NCBI GenBank assembly: GCA_036494575.1
Contig: DASXOE010000154.1
Coordinates: 17,345-81,344, forward strand
DNA: 64,000 nucleotides
Source of the DNA: Polyangia bacterium
Lineage (GTDB): Bacteria > Myxococcota_A > Polyangia > Fen-1088
Direction: 5' to 3'
Both the position numbers and the translations under genes were made by a program. Under the pieces are notes generated by a model. It ran no database searches and was not told the origin of the DNA. It saw only the letters and a program-made list of their open reading frames with translations. This document shows positions 37,951-49,319 of the stretch, piece by piece. Numbering within the stretch: the stretch's first letter is position 1; every line of letters begins with the position of its first letter.

Positions 37951-39282
37951 CTAGGGCGCCGGCGCCGGGGCGAGGCGGCGGCGCACCATGGCGACATGGT
38001 CGCGCAGGACGTAGAGCTGGTCCGCGAAGGAGAGCGGCGTCTTGATCTCGTCGACGGCGTGCTGAATGTCGTCGAGCTTTTGCGCGATCTGGCGGCGTTG
38101 CTCGTCGGTGTGCGCCGTCATGATCTCGCGCTCGATTCCCATGAGCGCGCCGTACCACCGATAGATGCGCGAGCGCACGCGCCAGCGATAAAGCGACGGC
38201 GCCGCGCGCGTCGCGGGCACGACGATGACGAGCAGCGGCAGTATGACGACGAGCACGCGGTCGAGGAGGCTCGCGAGCCAGAAGGGCAGCCGCTTGTAGA
38301 GGAACTGGCCGCCCGATTTGTAGTAGCGCTCGGCGTCGCTGCTGATGGGGAAGTCATGCTCGAGCGGCGCGGGGTACTCGCCCGCCGTACGGTACATGCC
38401 CGGGCCGCTGTGGATCTCGCGCGCCGCCGCGATGAGGAGGTCCGACAGCGCGGGGTGCAGGTCCCGGTGCGCGACGAGCTCGACCGCGGGACCGACGAGC
38501 GCCACGTTCTCCGACGGATAGTCCTTGCCGAGATCCATGGCGCCCTCGGGGAGCGTGAGGTGCGTGAGGAACTTCAGGCGGCGCACGTAGCCGTCGGCCT
38601 GACGGAAGCTCATGAGGCGCACGCCGGGTGCCTCGCGCAGGCTCCGCATCACCTGCGGCGTCGCCGAGTCGCCCATGAGGAACGCGGCGTCGACCTTGCC
38701 GGTCGCGAGCGAACGGGCCGCCTCTTCGCCGTGCTCGGCGACGAGCGTCGCCGACTTGTCGTCCATGTCGTTGGCTTTGAGCAGCTTGAGCGCGAGCGCG
38801 TGCGTGCCGCTGCCCACGGTGCCGATGGCGATGCGCTTGCCGCGCAGCTCCGCGAGGCGATCGATGGGCTGCGGCAGGCGGTAGTAGACCATGAGCGGCT
38901 GGGTGAACACCGTGCCCAGCGAGACGAGGTTGGAGATGTCGACGCCGTCGGCGAGGCCGCCCTGCACGAAGCCGACGTCGATGGCCGACTTGCGATCGGC
39001 GAGGCGCTCGAGGTTGTCGAGCGCGCCCTCGGAAGGAACGATCTCGACCTTGACGCCGTGGCTCTCGATGATCTTCTTGTACCTCTCGGCGAGGTTGCGG
39101 TAGCTGCTGCCCGCCGAGCCGCTGATCATGCGGAAGTGGCTGGGCGGCGCCGACTGCATGAGCTTCGCGGCGAAGGCGCCCGCCGCCATGATGACGAGCA
39201 AGATGGGCACGCCGATGCCGAGGACGTCGCGCCACGAGACGGCGCGAAGACGTTCGAGGCGCGTGCCGGCGGCGTCGCTCAT
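37951..39282 (-). CDS. TAXI-family TRAP-type solute-binding protein homolog with a C-terminal TM/coiled-coil extension
   Basis: N-terminal TM/signal, TAXI-like periplasmic domain ([12 protein letters not shown]...), then a hydrophobic helix and a coiled-coil tail. No TRAP membrane subunits adjacent. Confidence 0.7.
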   Translation of the reverse strand: MSDAAGTRLERLRAVSWRDVLGIGVPILLVIMAAGAFAAKLMQSAPPSHFRMISGSAGSSYRNLAERYKKIIESHGVKVEIVPSEGALDNLERLADRKSAIDVGFVQGGLADGVDISNLVSLGTVFTQPLMVYYRLPQPIDRLAELRGKRIAIGTVGSGTHALALKLLKANDMDDKSATLVAEHGEEAARSLATGKVDAAFLMGDSATPQVMRSLREAPGVRLMSFRQADGYVRRLKFLTHLTLPEGAMDLGKDYPSENVALVGPAVELVAHRDLHPALSDLLIAAAREIHSGPGMYRTAGEYPAPLEHDFPISSDAERYYKSGGQFLYKRLPFWLASLLDRVLVVILPLLVIVVPATRAAPSLYRWRVRSRIYRWYGALMGIEREIMTAHTDEQRRQIAQKLDDIQHAVDEIKTPLSFADQLYVLRDHVAMVRRRLAPAPAP

Positions 39283-39307
39283 GACGGCGCGATTGTACCC
39301 GGACTCC

Positions 39308-40579
39308 TCACCCGCGGGTGCGCACGCTCACGGCGCGCCCGTGGGCCTGCAGGCCCTCCACCTCGGCGAGCGCCTCGATGTCGCCGCCCTGGGCGCGCAG
39401 CGCCGCGGCGTCGTACTCGATGAGGGAGGTGCGCTTGACGAAGTCGGCGACGCCGAGCGGCGAGAAGAAGCGGGCGCTGCCGCCCGTGGGCAGCACGTGG
39501 CTCGGCCCCGCCATGTAGTCGCCCACCGACTCGGGCGTGTGCGCCCCCATGAAGAGCGCGCCCGCCGTCGTGATCCGCTCGCCGACGGCGCGCGCGTCGC
39601 GCAGCGCGAGCTCGGCGTGCTCGGGCGCGAGCAGGTTCATGACCCGCACGACCTCGTCGACGCCGTCGACGACGATGAGCGCGCCGTGGTCGCGCAGCGC
39701 CGCCTCGGCGATCTTGCGCCGCGGCAGGCCCTTGACCTGCCGCTCGATCTCGGCGGCGATGCGCTTGCCGACGTCGCGGCCCACGGCGATGAGGATCGGC
39801 ACGGCCAGCACGTCGTGCTCGGCCTGCGCGAGCAGATCGGCGGCCACCCAGCTCGGGTCGACGCTGTCGTCGGCGGCCACGACGAGCTCCGTGGGACCGG
39901 CGATCGAGTCGATGCCGACGTCGCCGAAGACGAGGCGCTTGGCGGCCGCGACGTAGGCGTTGCCCGGGCCTACGATCTTGTCGACGCGCGGCACGCTCTC
40001 CGTGCCGTAGGCGAAGGCCGCGATGGCTTGCGCGCCGCCCATGACGAACACGCGATCGACGCCGGACTCGAGCGCCGCCGCCAGCGTCTCGGGCGACGGC
40101 CCCGGCGTCGTCATGATGATCTCGCGCACGCCCGCGACCTTGGCGGGCACGGCCGTCATCACGACCGTCGACGGGTAGCGCGCCGTCCCGCCCGGCACGT
40201 AGAGGCCCACGCGCGCGAGCGGCGCGACGCGCAGGCCGACGCGCGCGCCGTCCTCGCGCAGCTCGAAGGAGGAGTACGTCTCGCGCTCGTGGAAGCGACG
40301 CACGCGCGCGGCGGCGCGCTCGATCGCGAGGCGCACGCCCGGTGCGACGTGGCTCGCCTGTTCGAGCCAGGTCGCGCGCGGCAGCTCGAGCGCGTCGAGT
40401 GAGCGCTGCTCGAACTTCTCGGTGAGGTCGCGGACTGCGGCGTCCCCGCGCCGGCGCACCTGGTGGATGACGTCGCGGGCCGCCGCCTCGATCGACGGCG
40501 GCGTCTCTGCGCTGCGTTCGCAGAGCGGACGCAAGCGCGCGGAATAATCCGGGTCCTTGGCGTCGATGATTCGCAGCAT
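39308..40579 (-). CDS. hisD: Histidinol dehydrogenase
   Basis: Full-length match ([21 protein letters not shown]). Start at MLRIID (ATG 40579). Confidence 0.95.
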   Translation of the reverse strand: MLRIIDAKDPDYSARLRPLCERSAETPPSIEAAARDVIHQVRRRGDAAVRDLTEKFEQRSLDALELPRATWLEQASHVAPGVRLAIERAAARVRRFHERETYSSFELREDGARVGLRVAPLARVGLYVPGGTARYPSTVVMTAVPAKVAGVREIIMTTPGPSPETLAAALESGVDRVFVMGGAQAIAAFAYGTESVPRVDKIVGPGNAYVAAAKRLVFGDVGIDSIAGPTELVVAADDSVDPSWVAADLLAQAEHDVLAVPILIAVGRDVGKRIAAEIERQVKGLPRRKIAEAALRDHGALIVVDGVDEVVRVMNLLAPEHAELALRDARAVGERITTAGALFMGAHTPESVGDYMAGPSHVLPTGGSARFFSPLGVADFVKRTSLIEYDAAALRAQGGDIEALAEVEGLQAHGRAVSVRTRG

Positions 40580-40758
40580 CTCATCTCCAGCATAGGGACT
40601 CGGTTTCCGAAATGCCACTGGGCCGCCGCGCGCGTAACCGCCGCGACACACGCACTGGCGCGCTCTTCGTGAACGAATTACACGCGCCGTTCATTTTTCA
40701 GGGGGGCCCTCCGCACGCGGCGGGTGTAGCGTGAAAAGGTCGAAGGAAGGAGGGCAGC

Positions 40759-41169
40759 ATGGGTCATTCGGGGAATGGGAGAAGGGGGCGAGACGGGCTC
40801 ACCGTCGGGTCTGTTTTCGGGTCCGTTTTCGGGTCCGTTTTCGACGAAGTGGCGCACGTACGCGCGCGCTTCGCGGTCGATCCGTCGACGCCGGCGCGGC
40901 TGGCCGACGCGTGGACGGCGCCGACGGGCACGACGGAGGAGGACGAGGCGGAGTTCGTCGACGCCATGGCCGACTGCTTGAGCGTCGGCCTGCCGCTCGA
41001 GGCGGCCCTCGCGTCGTGGCGCTCCGGCACGCTCGAGGTCACGAGCGCGGAAGACGAGAACGACGAGAACGACGAGAACGACGAAGTCGACGACGGGCTC
41101 GGGGGCGAGACGACAGGCGTCTATGATCCGCGCCACCAGGGCAGTCGCCGCCGCGTCGTCGAGACGTGA
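40759..41169 (+). CDS. Hypothetical acidic protein with tandem triplet repeats (GSVF x3; END x3)
   Basis: Strong SD (GGAAGGAGGG) upstream of the ATG. High GC3 after the first ~30 codons. An alternative antisense ORF exists, so confidence is modest. Confidence 0.4.
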   Translation: MGHSGNGRRGRDGLTVGSVFGSVFGSVFDEVAHVRARFAVDPSTPARLADAWTAPTGTTEEDEAEFVDAMADCLSVGLPLEAALASWRSGTLEVTSAEDENDENDENDEVDDGLGGETTGVYDPRHQGSRRRVVET

Positions 41170-41176
41170 CGATGCC

Positions 41177-41713
41177 TCAACCTCGCTCTCTCGTGAGGTT
41201 GCGCCTGGACGAGGCCGATGACGATGACGAGAACGTCCGCGTCTTCATGCGGTCGATGTAGAGCGTCCCGTTCAAGTGATCGATCTCGTGCTGCAGGATG
41301 CGCGCGTACCAGCCGGCCGCGCGGATCGTGACGGGCTGGCCGCGGTGATCGAGCGCCTCGACGGTCACGGCGCGCGCGCGCGGCACGAGCGCCTGGAAAC
41401 CCTCGACGCTGAGGCAGCCCTCGTAGTGCTCGACGACCTCGTCGCCCAGCGTGAGGCGCGGCGTCGCGATGACGTGGAAGGGGATGGGCTTGCGCTCCTG
41501 CGCCTCGCTCTCGCCCACGTCCTCGATGACCGCGAGCTGCAGGGGCACGCCCACCTGCGGCGCCGCCAGCCCCACGCCGGGCGCGTCGCGCATCGTCTCG
41601 CGCATGAGCTCGATGAGCTGCTGGAGCTCGGCCGTCGCGAGGTCGGCCGCCGTGAGGGGCCCCGCCTGCGCGCGCAGCACGGGATCGCCGGTCTGGACGA
41701 TCTTCAGGAGCAC
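41177..41713 (-). CDS. def: Peptide deformylase
   Basis: [13 protein letters not shown] and HEIDHL motifs. Confidence 0.9.
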   Translation of the reverse strand: MLLKIVQTGDPVLRAQAGPLTAADLATAELQQLIELMRETMRDAPGVGLAAPQVGVPLQLAVIEDVGESEAQERKPIPFHVIATPRLTLGDEVVEHYEGCLSVEGFQALVPRARAVTVEALDHRGQPVTIRAAGWYARILQHEIDHLNGTLYIDRMKTRTFSSSSSASSRRNLTRERG

Positions 41714-41819
41714 GCGCGCATTGTCGCACGATCGCCCGCCGCGGCGGCATGACCTCGGCTACCATGCGGCGCCGAGCCGCCGCGTGTCCGCGTCCACGTC
41801 CATATCCGCAGGCATCGAG

Positions 41820-42845
41820 ATGCGCGGCCTGCGCAAGGTCTACCCCGCGCCCAAGGCGCGTCGCGGGCGCGGCCCTGGGGCCGGCCTCGCGGGCCCCCCG
41901 CGCATGCCGCCGGGCGCCGCCATGGCGCCCACGGGTGGCACGCTCACGGCCGCGGGCATCGTCGCGCTCGACGGGCTCGATCTCTCGGTGGGTGAGGGCG
42001 AGTTCTTCGGGCTGCTCGGGCCCAACGGCGCCGGGAAGACGACGACCATCGGCATCCTCACGACGCGCGTGCTGCCGTCGGGCGGGCAGGCGTCCATCGG
42101 CGGCGCCGACGTCGTCGCGGAGGCCGTGGCCGTGCGGCGCCGCATCGGTGTCGTGCCGCAACGGTCGAACCCGGATCGCGGCCTCGACGTCCTCGAGAAC
42201 CTGACTTTTCACGCGGCGTACTTCGGCTTCCCGCGCGCGGCCTCGCGCGCCCGCGCGCTTGGCATCCTCGAGCGTCTCGGGCTCGCCGATCGCGCCCTCG
42301 CGCGCATCGACGCGCTGTCGGGCGGGCAGCTCCAGCGGCTCATGATCGCGCGCGCGCTCGTGCACGAGCCGCGCGTGATTTTCCTCGACGAGCCGACGGT
42401 GGGGCTCGATCCGCAGGCGCGCCTCGCGCTGTGGGAGATCCTGCGCGGGCTGCACGCCGAGGGCCGCACGATCGTCATGACGACGCACTACATGGAGGAG
42501 GCCGAGAAGCTCTGCGCGCGGGTCGCGATCGTCGACCGCGGCAAGCTCCTGGCCTGCGACGCCCCCGAGGCGCTCAAGAAGCAGGCGCCGGGCGGAACGC
42601 TCGTCGAGCTCACGCTCGACGGGGAGGCGGCCCCGGCGCGAGAGGCGGCGCGCGCCGTCGCGGGCGTGCTCGACGTCGTGAGCGACGGCGCCATGCTGCG
42701 CGTGTACCACCCGCAGGGCGGCGAGGCCGTGGCGCGACTCATCGGCGTCGTGCAGGGCGCCGGGCGGCAGGTCACGAACATCCGTCTCGTGCCGCCCAAC
42801 CTCGAGACGCTCTTCCTCTCGCTCACGGGAAGGAAGCTCGACTGA
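41820..42845 (+). CDS. ABC transporter ATP-binding protein (ABC-2 type)
   Basis: Walker A GPNGAGKTT, signature LSGGQLQR, Walker B ILDEPT. Start at MRGLRKVY. Confidence 0.9.
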   Translation: MRGLRKVYPAPKARRGRGPGAGLAGPPRMPPGAAMAPTGGTLTAAGIVALDGLDLSVGEGEFFGLLGPNGAGKTTTIGILTTRVLPSGGQASIGGADVVAEAVAVRRRIGVVPQRSNPDRGLDVLENLTFHAAYFGFPRAASRARALGILERLGLADRALARIDALSGGQLQRLMIARALVHEPRVIFLDEPTVGLDPQARLALWEILRGLHAEGRTIVMTTHYMEEAEKLCARVAIVDRGKLLACDAPEALKKQAPGGTLVELTLDGEAAPAREAARAVAGVLDVVSDGAMLRVYHPQGGEAVARLIGVVQGAGRQVTNIRLVPPNLETLFLSLTGRKLD

Positions 42846-43645
42846 TGGCGCCCGCGCGCGAGACGCCGACGCTGGGCGCGGGGCGCGTGTTCTGGGCGCT
42901 CCTCGCGCGCGACGTCGTCGTCGTGCGCCGCGAGCTGGTGTACTTCCTCATGCGCACGGCCATGCAGCCGCTCATGTTCGCCGTCGTCTTCGGCTACCTC
43001 TTGCCGAAGATGGGCTTCGTGCGGCCGGGCTACACCTCGGCGCTGCTGCCGGGCGTGCTGGCCGTCTCGCTGGCGCTCGCCGCCGTGCAGTCCGTCGCGC
43101 TGCCCATGGTCACCGACTTCGGCTTCTCGCGCGAGATCGAGGATCGCCTGCTCGCGCCCATTCCGAGCTCGCTCGTCGCCCTCGAGAAGGTCGTGTCCGG
43201 CACGCTGCAGGCGCTCATCGCGGCGCTCTTCGTGCTGCCCGTCGCGCGCCTCATCATGGGGCCCATCGCCGGGCTCTCGCTGGCCCACGTGGGCACGATC
43301 GTCCTCGTGACGGTCTTCGGCGCCGTCGCCTTCAGCATGATGGGCCTCTACCTCGGCTGCGTCGTGGCGGCGCAACAGATCGGCCTGCTCTTCGGCATCG
43401 TCGTCGCGCCGATGATCATGTTCGGCTGCGCCTACTACCCGTGGCGCGGTCTCGACGCCGCGCCCGTCGTGAAATACGTCGTGCTCGTGAACCCGCTCAC
43501 CTACATCTCCGAGGGACTGCGCGGCGTGCTCGTCCCCGCGATGCCGCACATGCCGCTGCGGGCCGTGCTCGCGGCGCTCACCGTGATCACGCTCGTCTTC
43601 TGGCGCCTCGGGCTGCGCGCCTTCATGAAGCGCGCGGTGGGCTGA
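42845..43645 (+). CDS. ABC-2 family transporter permease
   Basis: Six TM helices in the ABC-2 pattern. Start overlaps the ATPase stop. Confidence 0.85.
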   Translation: MAPARETPTLGAGRVFWALLARDVVVVRRELVYFLMRTAMQPLMFAVVFGYLLPKMGFVRPGYTSALLPGVLAVSLALAAVQSVALPMVTDFGFSREIEDRLLAPIPSSLVALEKVVSGTLQALIAALFVLPVARLIMGPIAGLSLAHVGTIVLVTVFGAVAFSMMGLYLGCVVAAQQIGLLFGIVVAPMIMFGCAYYPWRGLDAAPVVKYVVLVNPLTYISEGLRGVLVPAMPHMPLRAVLAALTVITLVFWRLGLRAFMKRAVG

Positions 43646-44389
43646 TCAGATCGGCGGCTCGTCGCCAGGCTGCGGCTCGTTGCCCCAGACGAGAATGCCG
43701 TCGATGTACGCCGTGATCTTCGTCGACGGGGCGGCCGCTCCCATCGCCGAGCAGTCGTACGAAAAATCGTCGGTCTGAACGATCGGCGAGAAGTCCTTGT
43801 TGTGCAGCCGCAGCTGGATCTGGCCGGTCTCGAGCAGCGGATCGAGCGCGAAGGCGCCCACCTTGAACGCGATCTCGACGTACTCGTTCGCCTTGGGCTT
43901 GGGCGGCATCACGGCCACGAACTTGGGCCCGGGCGTGTCGGCCGACGTGACGATGTTCGTGCAGCCGAGGTTCGCGACGTCGCAATCGAGCTCCTGCTGC
44001 TTGCCCGCGTCGATCGTGTACCAGTAACGCAAGCTCAGGTCCGACAGCGCGAAGGAGAGCGAGCCCTCGTTCGTGACGTCGAGGACGAAGCTGGCCTGCC
44101 CCGTGTCGTTGCTGCGGCAGGTATACAGGACCTTGACCTGCGGCGCGCCGGCGTCGTCCGCGTCCACCGGGCCAGCGGCGCCGGCCAGGCCCTCGGCATC
44201 CGCCGCGCCGACTGCGCCCGCCGCGCCTGTCGCACCGCCGCCGGCGTATCCCGCGGCTAGACCGGGGCCGCCGTCCTGGGACCGGTTTCGGTAATACTGA
44301 TCGGCGCCCTGACACGCGGCGCTGGTCGCCGCCGCCAGCAGGCAGGCCGCGAGAGCGAGGCGGCGCGGATTGGTTTTCACCGGCGGCAC
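43646..44389 (-). CDS. Lipoprotein with a cellulose/carbohydrate-binding-module-like beta-sandwich domain
   Basis: Lipobox (LAAATSAAC), Gly/Ala linker, then LRYWYTID...QLRLHNKDFS...TDDFSY...ITAYIDGILVWGNEP, which resembles CBM2/3-type modules. Confidence 0.55.
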   Translation of the reverse strand: MPPVKTNPRRLALAACLLAAATSAACQGADQYYRNRSQDGGPGLAAGYAGGGATGAAGAVGAADAEGLAGAAGPVDADDAGAPQVKVLYTCRSNDTGQASFVLDVTNEGSLSFALSDLSLRYWYTIDAGKQQELDCDVANLGCTNIVTSADTPGPKFVAVMPPKPKANEYVEIAFKVGAFALDPLLETGQIQLRLHNKDFSPIVQTDDFSYDCSAMGAAAPSTKITAYIDGILVWGNEPQPGDEPPI

Positions 44390-44483
44390 GCGCCGATCCT
44401 AGACCGCTTTCGAGCTGATTTCGATCTGGCCCGGGTCTCAACGGGGCCGTCAGGTTTCGAGAGAGGCGCAGAGTCCAGGTTGA

Positions 44484-45386
44484 ATGACCCGTTTTGCGCG
44501 GGGAGGCGTCTCTTCCCCCATGATGACGGTCTCGTCGGTTCGCGTGACCTCGGGCTCGCGTCGCGTCGCGTGGCTGGCCGCGGCGGTGCTCGCGTTCGTG
44601 GCGTGCGGCGGGGGCGGACCCCGCGTCGCGGGCGCGCCCGGCGGCGGAGGTACGACGGGCGCCTCGGGAACCGGGGCGGTGGCCGGCACGACGGGCGGCG
44701 GCGGAGCTTCCGGCGATTCCGGCGTCGCGGGCGCGCCCGGTGTCGCGGGCGGCGGCGCGGGCGCGACGGGGACGGCCGGCGCGGCGGGTGGCGCCGGCGC
44801 GGCCGGGCAGGGCGGCGGCGGTGGGGTCGTCGACGCGGGGAGCGGCGTCGCTCCCGAGGCGGGGAGCGACGCCCCGGCCGGTCCGTTCACGCTGACGAGC
44901 AGCGCCTTCATCGAGGGGATGGAGATCCCGCTTCCGTACAAGTGCGCGGAGGTGCAGCCCGCGGGCATGAATCAGTCGCCGCCGCTCGCCTGGACGCCAG
45001 GCCCGCCCGGCACGATGAGCTACGCCGTGACGCTCAACCACGCGGCCGCCGACAATTCGGCGCACTGGGCGCTGTGGGACATCCCAGCCACGATGACCTC
45101 GCTCGCCGCCAATGTCGACCATGTCGCCATGCCGCCCTTGCCCGCGGGCGCCCGGCAGGGCACGCAGAACCTCGACGGCTTCACGGGCATCGGCTACCTG
45201 GGTCCGTGCCCGCAGGCCGTGGGCGCGCGGCAGACGTACCGGTTCACGGTGTGGGCGTTGAAGGTGGCGACACTAGGCGGCGTGACGTCCTCCTCGACGA
45301 CCGCCGCCGCGCAGACCGCCATCAAGAACGCCGCGCTGCCCGGCGGCTCCGCCACCCTCACGGGCACGCAGATCCGGTCCAACTAG
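44484..45386 (+). CDS. YbhB/YbcL (PEBP, Raf-kinase-inhibitor-like) family lipoprotein
   Basis: Lipobox (AFVACGGG), Gly-rich linker, then the PEBP motifs (SPPLAW, HWALWDIP, GYLGPCP, YRFTVWAL). Confidence 0.75.
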   Translation: MTRFARGGVSSPMMTVSSVRVTSGSRRVAWLAAAVLAFVACGGGGPRVAGAPGGGGTTGASGTGAVAGTTGGGGASGDSGVAGAPGVAGGGAGATGTAGAAGGAGAAGQGGGGGVVDAGSGVAPEAGSDAPAGPFTLTSSAFIEGMEIPLPYKCAEVQPAGMNQSPPLAWTPGPPGTMSYAVTLNHAAADNSAHWALWDIPATMTSLAANVDHVAMPPLPAGARQGTQNLDGFTGIGYLGPCPQAVGARQTYRFTVWALKVATLGGVTSSSTTAAAQTAIKNAALPGGSATLTGTQIRSN

Positions 45387-45472
45387 GGCTCGCGACCGAA
45401 GGTCGCGAGGTGGGGGGCAGGGCGTGGAGGCCCCGACGTGAGCCCGTTGCCGCTAGGCAAACGGGCTCCTAG
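45384..45472 (+). repeat. Intergenic repeat element copy A (~89 nt, CTAG-bounded, starts at the stop codon of the upstream gene)
   Basis: About 85% identical to copy B at 49232..49319. Begins ctag ggctcgcgaccgaaggtcgcgag (9-bp hairpin), conserved core gaggtgggg-gcaggg-gt-gaggccccgacgtgagcc-gttgccg-taggca-acggg-tcctag. Confidence 0.65.
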
Positions 45473-45526
45473 CCGTTCGACTCGAAAACAGGACGACGGG
45501 ACCCGCGGGGTGGTAACTCTGAGGGC

Positions 45527-46506
45527 GTGAGGTTTCGCGTTTGGCTCCTGGCTGGCGTCGCCGGACTGGGCGCCGCCGTGCTCGGGTCGGCGCCCGGCGC
45601 GGCGGCGGTCAAGACGGCGCGTCCGCGCGGCGTGAACGCGCGCACGGGCCGCGCGACGCCGCCGTTCTCCGAGCTCGTCAAGGCGGCGCGCAAGAACGAT
45701 CGCGCGGCCCTCGAGCGGCTCGCCGGCCGCTTCGGCGTGGCCCGCCTCGCCGAGGGCGTGCGCGCGCCCGACACGGCGGTCGTGCAGTCGGCGCTCGCGG
45801 CGCTCCCCTTTGCGCGCGGGGGCGTCCTGCTCGCGGCCACGGTCGCCGAGCGGCTCGACGCCGCCGACCCGGCGCTCGCGACGGCTGCGGCGCGCACGCT
45901 CGGCGCGCTGCTCGACGGCGACGCGCCGGCCGAGCTCGCCGAGTGGGAGGTGCCGCCCGACGTCGTGGCCCGCGCCTGCGGCGGCCTGCGTTCCCTCGCG
46001 ACGCGCACCGACGCCCCGCCGTCCGTCCGCCTCGCGGCGCTCGACGCGCTCGCCGGCGCGCAGGGCGCTTGTCCGGCGCTCCCCGATCTGGCGGCCCTGC
46101 TGCTGCATGATCTCGTGCCCGCCGTGCGCCGCGCGGCCGCGCTCCTTCTTCCGGCGGGCGACGTGCGTTCTCAGATCCCCCTGCGCGAGGGTCTGGCCGA
46201 TCCCGATCCGGCCGTGAGCGGCGCGTGCGCGGCGGTGGTCTGCCGGCGCGTCGATCCTTCGGCTTCCGCGGCCGCGGCCCGCGCGCGCCACGATGCGCTC
46301 GTCGAGCAGGCGACGGCGGCGGCGCGCGCGATCGCGGCGGCACCCGCGACGCGGCCCGAGGACGCCGTCGAGATGCTGGCCTGCCTCGCCGCCGCCGGCA
46401 CGCCGGCCGATCGCGCGCTCCTCGAGAAGCTGCGCGGCGGCGGCGCTCCGCCCGTGCGCGAGCGCGCGGCGCTGCTCCTCGGCGGCGCCGCGCCCGGCAA
46501 GCCCGA

Positions 46507-46510
<4 letters not shown>
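45527..46510 (+). CDS. Hypothetical secreted HEAT/ARM-like repeat protein
   Basis: Signal peptide. Repeated Ala/Leu helices with PAVR motifs. ATGA-coupled to murJ downstream. Confidence 0.5.
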
Positions 46511-48099
<1,589 letters not shown>

Positions 48100-48124
48100 G
48101 CCTCAGGCCGAGCGAGAGCGATTT

Positions 48125-48523
48125 TCATCCCACGTCGTTCCCCGGCCGCCGCTCCACGATCTCGCGCCGCAGTACCCCGAGCAGCTGCATCAGGTCGACG
48201 GGCTTCGTCAGCGTCGTGCACACGGGAAAATGCATGCGCCGCCAATCGGGCGTGGAGCTGATGACGATGACCGGAATGGCCTTCAGGAGATCGTCGGCGT
48301 CGCGACGCTTCAGGAACTCGTAGCCGTCCATGCGGGGCATCCCGAGGTCGAGCACGACCACGTCCGGCAGCGCGAACTCGTTCAGGTGCTCGAGGGCGTC
48401 CGCGCCGTCGGTGGCGCCGATCACGGAATAGCCTTCTTCGACGAGAACGTCGCACAGGCCTTCGCGCAGCTCCGAGTCGTCGTCCACGACCAGGACGGAG
48501 CCGGCTGAGTGCGCTGAGTTCAT
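48125..48523 (-). CDS. Single-domain response regulator (CheY-like receiver)
   Basis: VLVVDDD...DVVVLDLGMP...KP receiver motifs. Start at MNSAHS. Confidence 0.85.
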   Translation of the reverse strand: MNSAHSAGSVLVVDDDSELREGLCDVLVEEGYSVIGATDGADALEHLNEFALPDVVVLDLGMPRMDGYEFLKRRDADDLLKAIPVIVISSTPDWRRMHFPVCTTLTKPVDLMQLLGVLRREIVERRPGNDVG

Positions 48524-48736
48524 GCATGAGGTGCTTTTCAAGAAACGTGCCGGATTTCAGGGTGTTGCTGCGATGCTACGGTGGCCTCCGTACAAGCGCC
48601 GTTGCGCGGCATCTTGCCGCGCCAGCCCGTAGCCGTCGCGCAACAAAGACAGGAACGAAACTCGCGCGTAACGTTCGCTCAGGTACTCTCAGTGTCACTT
48701 AGTTACGTTTAGCGTCCGGCTTAGGAGATCTTACCC

Positions 48737-49234
48737 ATGACTTCGCTTATCCGGGGCCGTGCGTCAGCGCCGGCCCTCGTGTTTTGTCTGGCGCTCGCGC
48801 CGGCCGTCGCTTCCGGGGCGGCCGCGCGCCTGCGCATCAAGAATGGGCACGGGCTCACCGTCTCGCTCGGCAGGACGCACGAGGCCGCCACGGGCATTCG
48901 CCCGGACAAGAAGATCTGGACGCTCGAGCTCGACGCCTCGCTCGTCGGCGCGGACGCCGAGCTCCGCGACGTCACGCCGAACGTCGTGGGCGCGCGCTGG
49001 AGCGTGCCCATCGAGACGGAGCACCTCGTGCTCGACGCCACACGGTTTCTCGCGAGCCACGTCTATCGGCTGGAGGTGCGGCGCGAGCGCAAGCTGCTTG
49101 GCAGCGCGCTCGTGTATCTCTATCCGCTGGCGCCGCCGGAGCGCGTGAGCCGCGTGGATCTCGACGGCCAACCCGAGCCCGCGCCGGACAGCAAGGACGA
49201 GGCGCCGGCGCCGCTCGCGAAGGGCGGGCTCTAG
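48737..49234 (+). CDS. Hypothetical secreted protein
   Basis: Signal peptide (ALVFCLALAPAVASGAAA). No family recognised. Its TAG stop is the first CTAG of repeat copy B. Confidence 0.5.
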   Translation: MTSLIRGRASAPALVFCLALAPAVASGAAARLRIKNGHGLTVSLGRTHEAATGIRPDKKIWTLELDASLVGADAELRDVTPNVVGARWSVPIETEHLVLDATRFLASHVYRLEVRRERKLLGSALVYLYPLAPPERVSRVDLDGQPEPAPDSKDEAPAPLAKGGL

Positions 49235-49319
49235 AGGTCGCGACCGAAAATCACGAGGTGGGGCGCAGGGTGTAGAGGCCCCGACGTGAGCCTGTTGCCG
49301 TTAGGCAGACGGGTCCTAG
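49232..49319 (+). repeat. Intergenic repeat element copy B (~88 nt, CTAG-bounded); supplies stop codons to both convergent flanking genes
   Basis: 5' CTAG gives the TAG stop of the + gene (49232-49234). 3' CCTAG gives the CTA (TAG on the minus strand) stop of the - gene ending at 49316. Confidence 0.65.
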
